A DNA stretch of 64,000 nt from Sphyrna mokarran (GCA_024679065.1 JAGIQG010000009.1:81344001-81408000), one strand, 5' to 3'. Positions 1 through 13,709 are shown, numbered from the stretch's first letter. Numbers and translations: made by a program. Notes: generated from the letters alone by a model not told the origin.

Positions 1-14
1 ATGGCTGAAATCAT
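1..14 (-). CDS. IGKV: Start of leader exon of Ig kappa cluster A (MISAI...), running off the left edge
   Basis: Reverse complement ATGATTTCAGCCAT is identical to the leader starts at 14247(+) and 49619(-), and it is preceded by the same promoter. Confidence 0.85.
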
Positions 15-72
15 GGTGTGTGCTCGTGTCCCTGTGCCTGGTTACTGATAAACTCTCCCTTCACTGGGCTCT

Positions 73-168
73 GCTTTATAAAGCTGCAGCCTGTGAGAGT
101 CTCACTGCCTGTTCCTCAGTTTGTAAATGGTCTGACCCAGAGAAACCACGTCAGCACTTTTCACTTCC
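73..168 (-). promoter_or_regulatory. V promoter of cluster A: TATA, degenerate octamer, CRE-like site, Ets-IRF element
   Basis: TATAAA 75-80(-), ATTTACAA, TGACGTGG and GGAAGTGAAA 159-168(-); same layout as in B and C. Confidence 0.65.
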
Positions 169-574
169 TCTTCTTCTCTCTCCAGAGTGTCTGAGGGACA
201 GAGACTGAGGGACAGAGACTGAGGTACAGTGACCCTCAGTCTCTGTCCCTGAGACTTGTCCCTCAGATTCTCTCTCTCATTCTCTCGATATCTCGACCTT
301 CACTCGCTGTCTCTCTCTCTCTCTCTCTCATTCTCAGTCTTTCTCTCTCGATATCTGTCCCTCAGTCTCTGTCTCCCTCGCTCTATTGATACGTCTCCCT
401 CAATTGCTGTCTCTTTCACTCCATTAATCTCTGTTTCTATCCCCCACCCTCTCACTGTCTCTGTTTCTTGTCCTTCCTGTCCCACATTGTTTATTTACCC
501 TCTCATTCACTCTTTCTTTTTCTCTCCTTATTCTCCCTCCCTCTATTCCTCAGTTTTTCCTTCACTTTATCTCA

Positions 575-2330
575 TAGAGTCATTGAGGTTTACAGCAAGG
601 AAACAGGCCCTTCAGCCCCACTTGTCCATGCTGCCCTTTTTTTAAACTCTTTACTCCAGTTGCTGCATTTGGCCCATATCCATCGATACCCATCTTACCC
701 CTGTGACTGCCGAAATGCTTTTTAAAAGACAAAATTGTACCTGCCTCTGTTACTATCTTTGGCAACTTGTTCCAGACACTCACCACCCTCTGTGTGAAAA
801 CATTGCCTATTTGGACACTTTTATATCTCTCCCCGACTCGCTTTAAACATCTGTCCTCCTGTTTTAGAATCCCCAACTTTGAGAAAAAATATTGATTGTC
901 ATGTTGACCTATGTCCCTCATTACATTATAAACCTCTTTAAGGTCACCCTTCAGTCTTCCACGCTCCAGACAAAAAAGTCCCAGTCGATCCAGCCTCTCC
1001 TGATAACCCAAACCATCAAATCCGTAGCATTCTAGTCTTTTCTGCACTCTTTCTAATTTAATAATTTTTTTCTATAACAGGGTGACCAGGACTGTACACA
1101 GTATTCCAAATGTGGCCTTACCAACGTCTTGTACAACTTCAACATAATGTTCTGACTCCGATATTCCATGTTCTGACTAATGAAAGCAAGCATGCCGAAT
1201 GCCTTCTTCACCCTTTTGACAACCTGTGACTCCACCTTCAAGGAGCTATGAACATTTACCCCTCAACCTTTTTGTTCTGTAACTCTCCCCAGTGCCCCAC
1301 CAGTAACTAAGTAAGTCCTGCCTTGGTTCAATCTACCAAAATACATCACCTTACATTTATCGAAATTAAACTGCAGCTATCATTTGTCAGCCTATTAGTC
1401 CAATTCCTGTTGCAATCGGAGATAACTTTCTTCACTGTCCACTATGCCACCAGTCTTAGTGTCATCTGCAAACATATTAATCATATCTCTATATTCTCAT
1501 CCAAATCATTAATATAAACGACAAATCACATTGACCCAGCATCGACCCTTGTGGAACATCACTCATTCTCTTTGTTCCTCTGTATTCTCACCTCACTCTG
1601 CCCCAGAAGAGGTGCCATCCTCCTGGGATCCACTCTGTCAGTCCCCTCACAATCTGATATGGTTCAATAAGATCACCTCTCATTCTTTTAAACTCCAATG
1701 GGTTTAGGCCCAACCTATCCAACTTTTCTTCAAATGATAACCCCTCACCCCTCAATATGTTGAGTGAACCTTCTCCGAACTGCTTCAAACACAATGATAT
1801 CCTTTTTCAAACAAGAAGACCTAAACTACTACACGCAGTATTCCAGATGTCATCTCAGCAAGACCCTGTACAACTGCAGTAAAACTTCCCTATTTATATA
1901 TTCCATTCTCCTTGTAATAAACACCAACATTCCGTTTGTCTTCCTAATCACTTGCTGTAGCTGCAAACTAACTTGTTGTGATTCATGTCCCAGGACAGCC
2001 AGATCCCTCTGTAGCACCGAGTTGTGCAATCTCTCTCCCTTTCTATAGCTTACTGCTTTTCTATTCTTCCTGCCAAAGTGGACACCTTCACATCTACCCA
2101 GGTTGTAGTCCAAGTGTTTAGCCATTTCCCCTGTCTCTATCCCTTTGCAGACTCTCCACCTTGTCTTGATAACTTACTTTTGCACCAATCTTAGTGTCAT
2201 TGGGACATTAGTTCCATTCATTCCCTTCATCCAAGTCATTGATATGGATTGTGAATAGTTGTGGTCCCAGCATTGATTCTAACAGAAATCCCCTAATTAC
2301 AGTTTCCAACCCCAAACAATCATTTATCCC
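575..2330 (-). mobile_element. Two decayed CR1-type LINE 3' fragments
   Basis: Translations such as LYKTLVRPHLEYCVQ, ERLDRLGLF and FTQRVVSVWN, with stops and frameshifts. Confidence 0.85.
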
Positions 2331-2385
2331 TCCCTCATATGTACAATAGAAAGAAACTGCTCCACATCGACCATGATGTCCATGT

Positions 2386-2753
2386 CCCACTGGAGCCTCC
2401 AATAGGGACCAGTAAACACGGGCCTCTTTCCCACTGGAGCTTCCATCAGGGACCAGTAAAAATGGGCCTCCTTCCCACTGGAGCCTCCAGCAGGGACCAG
2501 CACACATGTGCCTCCTTCCCACTGGAGCCTCCAATAGGGACCAGTAAACATGGGCCTCTTTCCCACTGGAGCCTCCAATAGGGACCAGTAAACATGGGCC
2601 TCTTTCCCACTGGAGCCTTCAATAGGGACCAGTAAACATGGGCCTCCTTCCCACTGGAGCCTTCAATAGGGACCAGTAAACATGGGCCTCCTTCCCACTG
2701 GAGCCTCCAATAGGGACCAGTAAACATGGGCCTCCTTCCCACTGGAGCCTCCA
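2386..2753. repeat. 44-bp minisatellite, about 8 copies
   Basis: Unit actggagcctccaatagggaccagtaaacatgggcctc(c/t)ttccc; period 44 (2521 to 2565). Confidence 0.95.
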
Positions 2754-3529
2754 GCAGCTGAGCTTCAAACTCATCCTCTCCATCACATCGGCCTCTTATT
2801 TCCACATCATTGTCCGTCTGTACACTATATCATTCCCTTAAGCACAGTAACCCTTATCGCTGCATGTCCCACCTACTAACTATTATTCTGATATCCTCTC
2901 CCAACTCCCTCATCCATATCCATAAACCCCAGCTTGTCCCAAATGCTTGTCCCAAGTGGGTCCAGACTCTGTCTCACACCAAGTGTCGTTCCAGCACCAC
3001 TCCTGATCTTTATGATCAAGCCCTGACCTCACTGACCTGTTACCTCTGATCTCAATGCTGTCCAATTCCCTCCATGGCCTCACTCCTCCCTACCCCTTTG
3101 TCCTGGTCCAGATTCACATTTCTCCCTCACCTTCCATCTATTGACTGTGCTCCCTGGCCCATCGCTGCTTCCTTCATCCCACCATTGACAGCAGAGTCTT
3201 CAGATACCCAGGTCCTGCTTTCTGTCCTCCCATCCTTAATCCCTCCGCTCTCCAAATCTTTCTCCCCATCAAATTCTTTTACCCCAGCCTTCGATCTCTC
3301 TTCCTAAACGACTCCCAGCCTCTCCTCCATTCCTCTTATGCTGCTCTGTGAAACATAATGGGCTATGTTGTACACTACGGTGCTGCATAAATTGAGGTTC
3401 TGTGTGGATTTTGGTTGGGGACAGTGGTGAAGGCTCTTGCAGTCAAATATCCTGCTGACAGGATCCAGACTTCAACACACAGAATGGGACATTGTGTAAA
3501 GTAGGAATTATTAAAAATGTATTCATTGA

Positions 3530-4440
3530 CGGGATGTGGGTGTCACTGGCTGTCCCAACATTTATTGCCCATCCCTAATTGTTCTTGCGAAGATGGTGAT
3601 GAACTGCCTTCTTGAACTGCTGCAGTCCATGAGGTATACACACATCCACAGTGCTGTTAGGGAGGGATTTCCAGGATTCTGACCCAGTGACAGTGCATGA
3701 ACAGAGATGTATTTCCATTTCAGAATGGCACATGGCTTGGAAGGAAATCTCCTGGTGATGTTGATCCCAGGGATCTGCTACACTTGTCTTTCCAGATGAT
3801 AGTGGCCGTGGTATTCAAAGGTGCTGCCTCAGGAATCTTAGTGAGTTCATGCAGGGCATCTTATAGATGGCACACACTGCTGCCACTGTTCGACAGTAGT
3901 GGAGGGATTTAATATTTGTGAATGGGGTGCCAATCGAGTGGGGCTGCTTTGTTCTGGATGATGTTGAGGCTTTTTGAGTGTTGCTGGAGCTCTACTCATC
4001 CAGACAAGTGGAGAGTATTCCATCACACTCCAGACTTGTGCCTTGGAGATGGTGGAGAAGCTTTGGAGAGTCAGGATGTGAGTTACTCGCTGCAGGATTC
4101 CTATCCACTGACCTTCTCTTGTAGCCATAGTATTTATAGGCTGGTCCAGTTCAGTTCCTGATCAATCATAACCAACAGGATTTTACAGTGGGGGATTCAG
4201 CGATGGTAATGACATTGAATGTCAAGGAGAGATGTTAAAATTCTCTCTTGTTGGAGAGGGTGATTCCGTGGTACTGATGTGGCATGAATGTTACTGCTTC
4301 AATATCTGAGGAGTTGTGAATGGTGCTGAGCATTGTGCAATCATCAATGAACATCCCACTTCTGAAGGTCATTACTGAAGCAGCTGAAGATGGTTGTGTC
4401 TCAGACACGACCCCGAGGAACTCCTGCAGTGATGTCCCAA
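3530..4440 (-). mobile_element. Decayed non-LTR retrotransposon (CR1/L2 group) 3' fragment
   Basis: STIYKAQVWSVMEYSPLVWM-like RT C-terminal motif; paralogous copies near 9490-10500 and 53360-54460. Confidence 0.65.
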
Positions 4441-4649
4441 AGCAATCTCCAAGTTTGGTGGCGTTTAAGAGATTAGTAGATAAGTTTATGGATGAAAGAG
4501 GAATGGTTTAGGTTAGAGGGTCACTGCTTGTTCCTAATTGGTCGGCGCAACATCGAAGGCTGAAGGGTCTGTTCTGCGCTGTAATGTTCTATGTTCTATG
4601 TTCTAATCTCAGATTGAAATCCGCTAACCACAACCATTTTTTCATCAGA

Positions 4650-4960
4650 TTGGTGGCACGGTGACACACTTGTTAACACGACTGCCTCACAGCGCCAAGG
4701 ATCTGGGTTCAATTCTTGGCAATGGTCACTGTCTGTGTGGCGTTCTCCTTCTCTCCCTGTGTCTGTTTGGGTTTCCTCCGGGTGTTCTGGTTTCCTCGCA
4801 CAGTCCGAAAGACCTGCTGGACTGTGCATTCGTCACGCTAAATTGTCCCTCAGTGTACCTGAACAGGTGCCGGAGTGTGGTGACTAAGAGATTTTCCTGG
4901 TAACTTCATTGCTGTGTTAATGTAAGTGTACTTGTGACACTAATACTTACACTTAAACTT
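4650..4960 (+). mobile_element. tRNA-derived HE1/V-SINE-like element
   Basis: ggcacggtg...gggttcaattc box A/B head and gtttcctccgggtg..ctggtttcctc core. Confidence 0.8.
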
Positions 4961-5019
4961 AATAGTCCAATAACCACAACCAATTTCGTTTACACTGGGT
5001 ATGATTTCAGCATGCGGAG

Positions 5020-6500
5020 AGTTTTCCCCTGATTCCCATTGGCCCGTGTTTTGTTAAGGCTCCTTGATACCACACTCAAATGCTGCCTTGTTGTCAAGGA
5101 GAGTCTCTCTCACCTCACCTCTGGAATTCAGCTCTTTTGTCCATGTTCGAAGCAAGGCTGTAATGAGGTCAGGAACTGAGTGACCCTGGTGAACACAAAC
5201 TGAGTGTCATTGAGCAGGTTATTGCTAGTAAGTGCCACTTGATAGAACTGTCAACAATTTAAATCAATTTACTGATGATTGAATATAGTTTGATGGAGCA
5301 GTAAGTGGCCAGGATAGATTTATCCTGTTTTTTAACGTACAGGACATATCTGGGCAATTTTCCACATTGCCAGATAAATGCCAGTGTTGTAGCTGTACTG
5401 GAACAGCTTGGCTAAGGGTGCGACAAGTTCTGGAGTGCAAGTCTTCAGGACTATTGCTGGATTGCTGTCAGGAGACAAAGTCTTTGTAGTACCCAATTGT
5501 AAATGTATCAGCATTTATTAAATTTTGCAGTGATGTGTGGGGCTCCTCCATCATTGAGAATGGAGATATTTGTGGAACCTCCTCCTCCAGTGAGTTGTTT
5601 AATTGTCCGTCACCATTCACGGCTGGATGTGGCAGGATTACAGAACCTTGATCTGACCCATTAATTGTGGGATAGTTTATCTCTGTCAATCACTTGCTGC
5701 TTCTGGTCCTGTGTTGAAGCTTCACTAGATTAATACCTCATTTTTCAGTTTATTTGCTGTTGCTCCTGCCATGCCCTCCTGCACTCTTCATTGAACCAGG
5801 ATTGATCCCCTGGCTTGGTGGTAATGGTAGAGTGGGGGATACGCTGGGCCATGAGGTTACACATTGTGGTTAAGTACAATTCTGCTGCTGCTGATGGCCC
5901 AAAGCATCTCATGGATGCCCAGTTTTGAGTTGCGAGATCTGTTTGAAATCTATCCCATTTAACACGGCGGTAGTGCCACACAACATGATGGACAGTATCC
6001 TCAATGTGAAGATGGGATTTTATCTCCACAAGAACTGTGCGGTGATCACTTCCACTGATACTGTCATGGACAGATCCATCTGCAGCAGGCAGGTTGGTGA
6101 GGATGAGGTGAAGTATGTTTCTCCCTCTTGTTGATTCCCTCCCCACCTGCCACAGTCCCAGTCTCGCAGCGATGTCCTTTAGGACCCAGCCAGCTCGGTG
6201 TGTGGTGGAGCTACTGAGTAACTCTTGATGATGGACATTGAAGTCCCCACCCAGAGTACATTCTGTGTCCTTCCCACCCTCAGTGCTTCCTCCAAGTGGT
6301 GTTCAACATGGAGGAGAACTGATTCATCAGCTGAGGCGGGGGCGGTATGTGGTAACCAGGGAAGTTTCCTTGTCCGTGTTTGACATGGTACCGAGAGACT
6401 ACATGGAGTCTGGAATGTTGTTGAGAATTCCCAGGATAACTCCCTCCTGACTGTATCCCACTGTGCCTTCTGTGCTGGGAGATTGGAGGTAGTGAACACG
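5020..6500 (-). mobile_element. Decayed non-LTR retrotransposon (endonuclease C-terminus to RT N-terminus)
   Basis: TRGRNILHLILTN...GSDHRTV (APE motifs), WFNEEC, VLKTCTPELVAPLAKLF. Confidence 0.75.
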
Positions 6501-8499
6501 GTTCACCATTTTCTCCCGTCTCAGTAACAAACATCCAGCTGCTCTGAGCTCCTTCTTTCACTTCCTCTGTTGGTTACGTTTCAATCTTCCGATCTGACAA
6601 TCTTTGCAGTTATTTTTGACACTGGGGATTTGTGCTGTGGTCTGAATCTCTAACAATAACTGTCCAATCAGTGAAAAGAACAACAGCTCAGAGCAGTCAG
6701 GACTGAGGAGCCAGGCTCACTGGGAAACACATTGGGAAGATCAAAGCCATGGTCTTCAGCTCCCAATACAAACTCCATCCCTCCCCCTTTGAAGTGTCTG
6801 ACACTGAACCACACGGTCCACAGCCATGGTGTCCTATTTGACCCTGAGATGACTTTCCCACCACATCATTCACTCCATCACTAAGAACACCTATGTCCAC
6901 CTTGGTAACATCTCCCGTGTGCCCCCTGCCTCACATCATCTTCTGGTGAAAATCTCATCCATGTCTTTGTTACCCTCTGAACGTTACTATTCCAATGCTG
7001 TCCTGGTCGACCTCACACCTACCACCCTCTGTAATCATCAGCTCATCCAGAACTCTGCTTCCTGGATCTGAACTCACACCAAATCCTGTTCACCCGTCAC
7101 TCTCTGTTCTCACTGACTTACACTGACCCCCGGTCCAGCAATGCCCTGATTTTAACATTCTCATTCTGCCTATCAAATCCCTCCCTATCCTGTACCCTCC
7201 CTGTCTCTGTAACCTCCTCCAAGCTGCCTACTTTAGTGTGCTCAGTAATCTTGGATATGTGACTCTCTATTCCTTCATCCAGGTCATTGAGCAATATAGT
7301 GAAAAGCTGAGGCTTCAGCACAGATCCCTGGGGACATCACTATTCACAGCTTGCTGATTGGAAAACACACACACATTATCCCTACTCTCTGTCTCCTATC
7401 TCTGAACCAATTCCTTATCAATGGCAAAGGCTTTCTTCAAATTCCAAACACTTTCATTTTTATTCACAGCCTCTCGTGAGGCACTTTCCCAAATGTCTTC
7501 TCGAAATGCATGGAAATAAGATCCAGAGATATTCCCTTATTGAGCACATTAGTGACTCATTAACAAATGTAAGCAGCTGAGTTGAATATGTCTGAATCTT
7601 TTAAAATTCGTGTTGACACTTTCTGATCAGTTCCTGTTTCTCACTCATTCTGTCTCTAATAAAATATTCCAGTCACTTTCCCACAATACACATTAAACCG
7701 AGTTCTCAGCTGTGAATGACTCGAGTAAAACAGCTAGTACAGACATGAGGGGCTGAATGGTCTCCTGTGTTTTAGATCTATCTGACTCCTTGACTGAAAC
7801 ATCTGGATTGGAATAGGAGATGGGCTGGAGGTTAAAGAATGAGTTGAAGGTAAACAGAGTGTTATTAGTGGGTCATGTCCAATATATATTTTGTCCATTA
7901 CTTCCTCGAAAAGATGGAGTCAAATTTTCTGAAAAACTAAGTGCCCATTGCGGCTGGAAAACAGGACATTTTCCCACCATTTTCTGGGCACATTTACTCA
8001 GTTGAAATGCCGGCACTCGGTATTTCACAAAATCTGCCAGGGATTTACACCAGTGGATGGGGTTAATCCCAACCGTGAGGCCTGGATCAACACTCCCTCA
8101 TCCCTGCCTTGCGATATCTTCCCCAATCTAATTCCCCACTCCCCCGATCACAGGCCCTGACCCCCCGCAACCGAATCTCACTTTCCCGAATCGACTGGCC
8201 TCCCAACCTCCCCCCAATCACCGGCCCCGTCTCCCCATGGACAACCCCATCCCTCTTTGCACAGTTGCCAGCCCCTGATGCCTTCCACAACTCTCCCTCC
8301 AATCAACAATACCAACCCCCACCCCTACTCCCCTTCCCCAACCGAATGCCTTCCCAATGGCTCCCACCCCCTCATCCCCCCAGTTGTCGGTCCCCTCCCC
8401 GATCGCCGGCTTCCCAATGGTTTCCTCAATTAGAAAGTTCCTGCTGAACTCAGCAACAATTCTGCACCCCACCCCCATCCCCCACCATCCTGAGCTTTC

Positions 8500-8640
8500 A
8501 AACAAACATCAGCGATGGAGTTGTGGAGAGACACAGAAAGAAACTTTAGTAAAAGTCAAACCAGCTTTCCTGTCATCGTCATTGCTTGTGCACTTTGACC
8601 CGAAGCAAACCATTCGGAATCATTTGTGGCCTCGCCGTAC
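8500..8640 (+). mobile_element. Gypsy pol fragment (RT-RNaseH connection)
   Basis: KHQRWSCGETQKETLVKVKPAFLSSSLLVHFDP; paralog at 57130-57270. Confidence 0.6.
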
Positions 8641-9218
8641 TTTGTGGGGGATGAACACACAGTCGATGGACAGTTGGGAGTGAGGTTCAGTCAGATATAG
8701 AAGGAAAAGTCGGTGAATCCAGCAGGCAGAGAAGACTTGGGCTTGATAAGGCACATGGGAAGATTGGAAGGCTAAACAGCATCCATTTTAATACAAGGAG
8801 CCTGTCTGATCAGGCAGGTGAACTTAGAGATTTGGGGAAATATGAGATTGTTGTAATCACTGAGATATGGTTGAAAGAAAGGCAGGACTGGAATCTCGAC
8901 ATTCCAGAGTATAGAAGTTCCAGGCATGATGGTGGTGGAGATGTTAGAGAGTATGTAAGAGATTAAAGAGACTATCACTGCAATAATGAGGCAGGATATG
9001 TTGGAACGCTCTTCAAATATGGACATATGGGTGGAGCTGAGAAATATAAAGAGCAATCATTGTATGGGATTGTTGCACAGCCCTCCCAACACTCAGAGGG
9101 AGATAGAGGAGCAGATATGTAGGCAAATCACAGAGAGAGGTGTGAGAGGAATAGGGCTATAGTAGTCGGGGATTTCAACCTCTCCAATATTCATAGAATC
9201 ACCTCAGTGTGAAAGGGC

Positions 9219-9434
9219 TGGCACGGTGGCACAGTGGTTAACGCTGCTGCCTCACAACGCCAGGGACCCAGGGTCAATTCCAGCATCGGGTCACTGTCTG
9301 TGTGGAGTTTGCATGTTCTCCCCATGTTTGTGTGAGTTTCCTCAGGGTGCTCTGGTTTCCTCCCACAGTCCAATGATGTGCAGGTAGACTGATTGGCCAT
9401 GCTAAATTGCTCCTTAGTGTCAGAGTGACTAACA
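9219..9434 (+). mobile_element. 5' part of an HE1/V-SINE, cut by the assembly gap
   Basis: ggcacggtggcacagtggtta head and V core; ends at the N-run. The matching 3' part is at 32877-32977(-). Confidence 0.85.
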
Positions 9435-9489
9435 NNNNNNNNNNNNNNNNNNNNNNNNNNNNNNNNNNNNNNNNNNNNNNNNNNNNNNN
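9435..9489. other. Assembly gap (55 N)
   Basis: N-run; the adjacent 9490-9800 is indel-rich relative to its paralog at about 54060-54385. Confidence 1.
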
Positions 9490-11348
9490 ATTCACAACTC
9501 CTCAATATGAACAGGAACATTCATGCCACTCATACCACGGAATCCATCTCCAACAAGAAGAATTTTAACATCTCCCTTGACCATTCACGTCATTACCATT
9601 GCTGATGCCCCACTGTCAAATCCTGTTGGTTATGATTGACCAGAACTTTTTTTGAATTGGACCAGCATATAATACTGTGGCCTACAAGAGAAGTCAGTGG
9701 ATAGGAAGCCTTGCAGCGGTAACTCACATCCTGATTCTCCAAAGCCTCTCCACATCTACAAGGCACAAGTCTGGAGTGTGATGATACTCTCCACTTGTCT
9801 GGATGAGTAGAGCTCCAGCAACACTCAAGAAGCTCAACATTATCCAGAACAAAGCAGCCCCACTTGATTGGCACCCCATTCACAAACATTAAATCCCTCC
9901 ACCACTGTCGAACAGTGGCAGCAGTGTGTGCCATCTATAAGATGCCCTGCATGAACTCACCAAGGTTCCTGAGACAACCATGACCACTATCATCTGGAAA
10001 GACAAGTGTAGCAGATCCCTGGGATCAACATCACCAGGAGATTCCCCTCCAAGCCACATGCCATTCTGAAATGGAAATACATTGAACATAGAACATTACA
10101 GCGCAGTACAGGCCCTTCGGCCCTCGATGTTGCGCCGGCCAGTGGACCCTCTAACCTAAACTATTCCAATATCATCCATATGCCTATCCACCGAACATTT
10201 GAATGCCCCCAAAGTAGGTGAGTCCACAACTGCTGCAGCAGGGCATTCCACGCTCTCACCACCCTCTGTGTAAAGCACCTGCCTCTGACATCCGTCCTAT
10301 AACTACCACCTCTTAATGTAAATACATCTCTGTTCATGCACTGTCGCTGGGTCAGAATCCTGGAAATCCCTCCCTAACAGCACTGTGGGTGTATGTACAC
10401 CTCATGGACTGCAGCAGTTCAAGAAGGCAGTTCTTCACCACCTTCTCAAGGACAATTAGGGATGGGCAATAAATGTTGGGACAGCCAGTGACACCTACAT
10501 CCCGTCAATGAATACATTTTTAATAATTCCTACTTTACACAATGTCCCATTCTGTCTGTTGAAGTCTGGATCCTGTCAGCAGGATATTTGACTGCAAAAG
10601 CCTTCACCACTGTCCCCAACCAAAACTGACACAGAACTGGAAATTATATAGCACCTTAGTATATAACATAGCCCATTATGTTTCACAGAGCAGCATATGA
10701 GGAATGGAGGAGGGGCTGGGGGTAGTTTAGGAAGAGAGATCAAAGGCTTGGGTGAAAGAATGGAGTTTGATGAGGAGAAAGATTTGAAGAGAGGGACAGA
10801 TGAAGGGTGGGAGGACAGAGAGCAAGGCCTGGGTGTTTGAAGACTCTGCTGTCAATGATGGGATGCAGGAAGCAGTGATGGGCCAGGGAGCAGAGTCGAT
10901 AGATGGAAGGTGAGGGAGAAATGTGAATCTGGAGCATGATAGGGGGGAGTGAGGCCATGGAGAGAATTAGAGGGCAATGAGGTCAGGGATGAAAGATAAA
11001 TGAGCTCAGGAGTGATTGATCACTGAGATCACGGGTGATAGATCAGTGAGGTCAGGGGTGATAGATCAGTGAGGTCAGGGGTGATAGATCACAGAAGTGG
11101 GGGTGGTGTTGGAACGACACTTGGTCTGAGATAGACTCTGGACCTACTGCAATTGGGACAAGATGAGGTTTATGGAGTGTGGATGAGGGGAGCTAGGAGG
11201 GGATATTGAAATAACAGAGTGAGCACGTTGGACATGCAGGGATAAGGGTTACTCTACTTCAGGGAATGATGTAGTGTCGAGACGGATAATGTTGTGGAAA
11301 TAAAAGGCCAACATGATGGAGAGGATGTGGAGTTTGAAGCTCAGCTGC

Positions 11349-11716
11349 TGGAGGCTCCAGTGGGAAGGAGGCCCATGTTTATTGGTCCCTATTGGAGACT
11401 CCAGTGGGAAGGAGGCCCATGTTTACTGGTCCACATTGGAGGCTCCAGTGGGAAGGAGGCCCGTGTTTACTGGTCTCTATTGGGGGCTCCATTGGGAAGG
11501 AGGCCCATGTTTACTGGTACCTATTGGAGGCTCCAATGGGAAAGAGGCCCATGTTTACTGGTACCTATTGGAGGCTCCAGTGGGAAGGAGGCCCATGTTT
11601 ACTGGTCCCTATTGGAGGCTCCAATGGGAAAGACGCCCATGTTTACTGGTCCCTATTGGAGGCTCCAGTGGGAAGGAGGCCCATGTTTACTGGTCCCTAC
11701 TGGAGGCTCCAGTGGG
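11349..11716. repeat. 44-bp minisatellite (cluster B copy)
   Basis: Reverse complement of the 2386-2753 unit. Confidence 0.95.
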
Positions 11717-11759
11717 ACATGGACATCATGGTCGATGTGGAGCAGTTTCTTTCTGTTAT

Positions 11760-13700
11760 ACAAATGTCATTGTCTTCTTTGTGGAAGTCACAAAATGGAT
11801 AAAGGGGAACTTATAGCCATGATGTACAGGGAATTCGAAAAGGTATTTGATAAATTACCACATCAAATGTTACTACACAAGATATGATGGTGCGTGGGTA
11901 ACATATTAGCATTGATAGAGGATTGGTTAGCTCACAAAAATGAGAGAGAGGGATAAATGATAGATTTGGGGTTGGGAAGCTGTGATTAGTGGAATTCTGG
12001 ATTAATCAGTACTGGGACCACAACTATTCACAATCCATATCAATGACTTGGATGAAGGGAATGACTTGAACTAATGTTCCAATGACACTGAGATAGGTGG
12101 GAAAAGTAAGTTATCAAGATGAGGTAGAGAATCTATAAAGGATAGAGGCAAGAGAAATGAGTGGCTAAACATGTGGAGTTCAACCTGTGTAAATGTGAAG
12201 GTGTCCATTTTAATAGGAAGAATAGAAAAGCAGTGAAATGGAGAGAGTTTGCACAACTTGGTGCTACAGAGGGATCTGGCTGTCCTGGGACATGAATCAC
12301 AACAAGTTAGTCTGCAGCTACAGCAAGTGATTAGGAAAACAAATGGAATGTTGGTGCTTATTACAAGGAGAATGGAATATAAAAATAGAGAAGTTTATTG
12401 CAGTTGTACATGGTCTCAGTGAGACCACATCTGGAATACTATGTACAATTTAGTTCTCTTTATTTGAAAAAGGGATTTCATTGTGTTAGAAGCAGTTCAG
12501 AGAAGATTCACACAACACATTTCTGGGTTGAGGGGTTATCATTTGAAGAAAAGTTGGAAAGGTTGGGCCTGAACCCATTGGAGTTTAGAAAAATGAGAGG
12601 TGATCTTATTGAAACATATCAGATTGTGAGGGGATTGACAGAGTGGATCCCAGGAGGATGCTGCCTCTTCTGGGACAGAGTGAGATGTGAGTACAGAGGA
12701 ACAAAGAGAATGAATGATGTGCCACAGGGATCGATGAAGGGTCCATTGTCATTTGTCATTTATATCAATGATTTGGATGAGAATATAGAAGATATGGTTA
12801 GTAGTTTTACAGATGACACCAAGACTGGTGGCATAGTGGACAGTGAAGAAAGTTATCTCCAATTGCAACCTGAATTGGACCAGTGGGCTGGCGAATGACA
12901 ACTGGAGTTTAATTTAGATAAATGCGAGGTGATATATTTTGGTAAATTGAACCGGGGCAGGACTTACTCAGTTAATGTTCGGGCATTGAGGAGAGTTACA
13001 GAACAAAAAAACTAAGGGTACGTGTTCATAGCTCCTTGGAAGTGGAGTCACAGGTGGACAGGGTGGTGAAGAAGGCATTCGGCATGCTTGGTTTCATTGG
13101 TTAGAACATTGAATACTGAAATCGAGACATTTTGTTGAACTTATAGAAGACATTAGTAAGGCTACACTTTGAATACTGTATATACTTTTGGTCACCCTGT
13201 TATAGCAAGGATATCATTAAATTAGAACGAGTGCTGAAAAGATTTATCGAGAATGGTACCGGGACTTGATGGTTTTGGTTATAAGGAGAGGCTGGAATTT
13301 TTCTTCTGGAGCATAGAAGGCTGAGGGGTGATCTTACAGAGATCTATAAAATAATGAGGGGCACAGATCAGCTAGACACTCAATATCTTTTCCCAAAAGT
13401 AGCGGAGTCTAAAACTAGAGGACATAAGTTTAACAAGACAAGGGAGAGATACAAAACTGCACAAAAGGGCAATTTTTTCACACTGAGGGTGGTGAGTGTC
13501 TGGAACAACCTGCCAGAGATAGTAATAGATTCAGGTGCAATTTTGTCTTTTAAAACACATTTAGACAGTTCCATGGGTAAGATGGGTATAGAGGGATATG
13601 GGCCAAACATGGGCAATTATGGTTACGGGTTTAAAAAAACTGGCAGCCTGGACACGTTGGGCTGAAGGGCCTGTTTCTTCCCTGTAAACCTCTCGGACTC
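11760..13700 (+). mobile_element. Decayed CR1-type LINE fragments
   Basis: FEKVFDKLPHQMLL, VPQGSMKGPLSFVIYINDLD, FTDDTK, FFTLRVVSVWN. Confidence 0.85.
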
Positions 13701-13709
13701 TATAACTTT

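Noticed and set aside
9219-9290. tRNA gene
   Set aside because: Box A/B head of a SINE, continuous with the SINE body; no complete cloverleaf seen.
11294-11887. Overlapping 136-197 aa repetitive ORFs and a CRISPR-like appearance of the 44-bp array
   Set aside because: Pure tandem repeat without unique spacers, in a vertebrate genome; the ORFs are a by-product of a stop-free unit.
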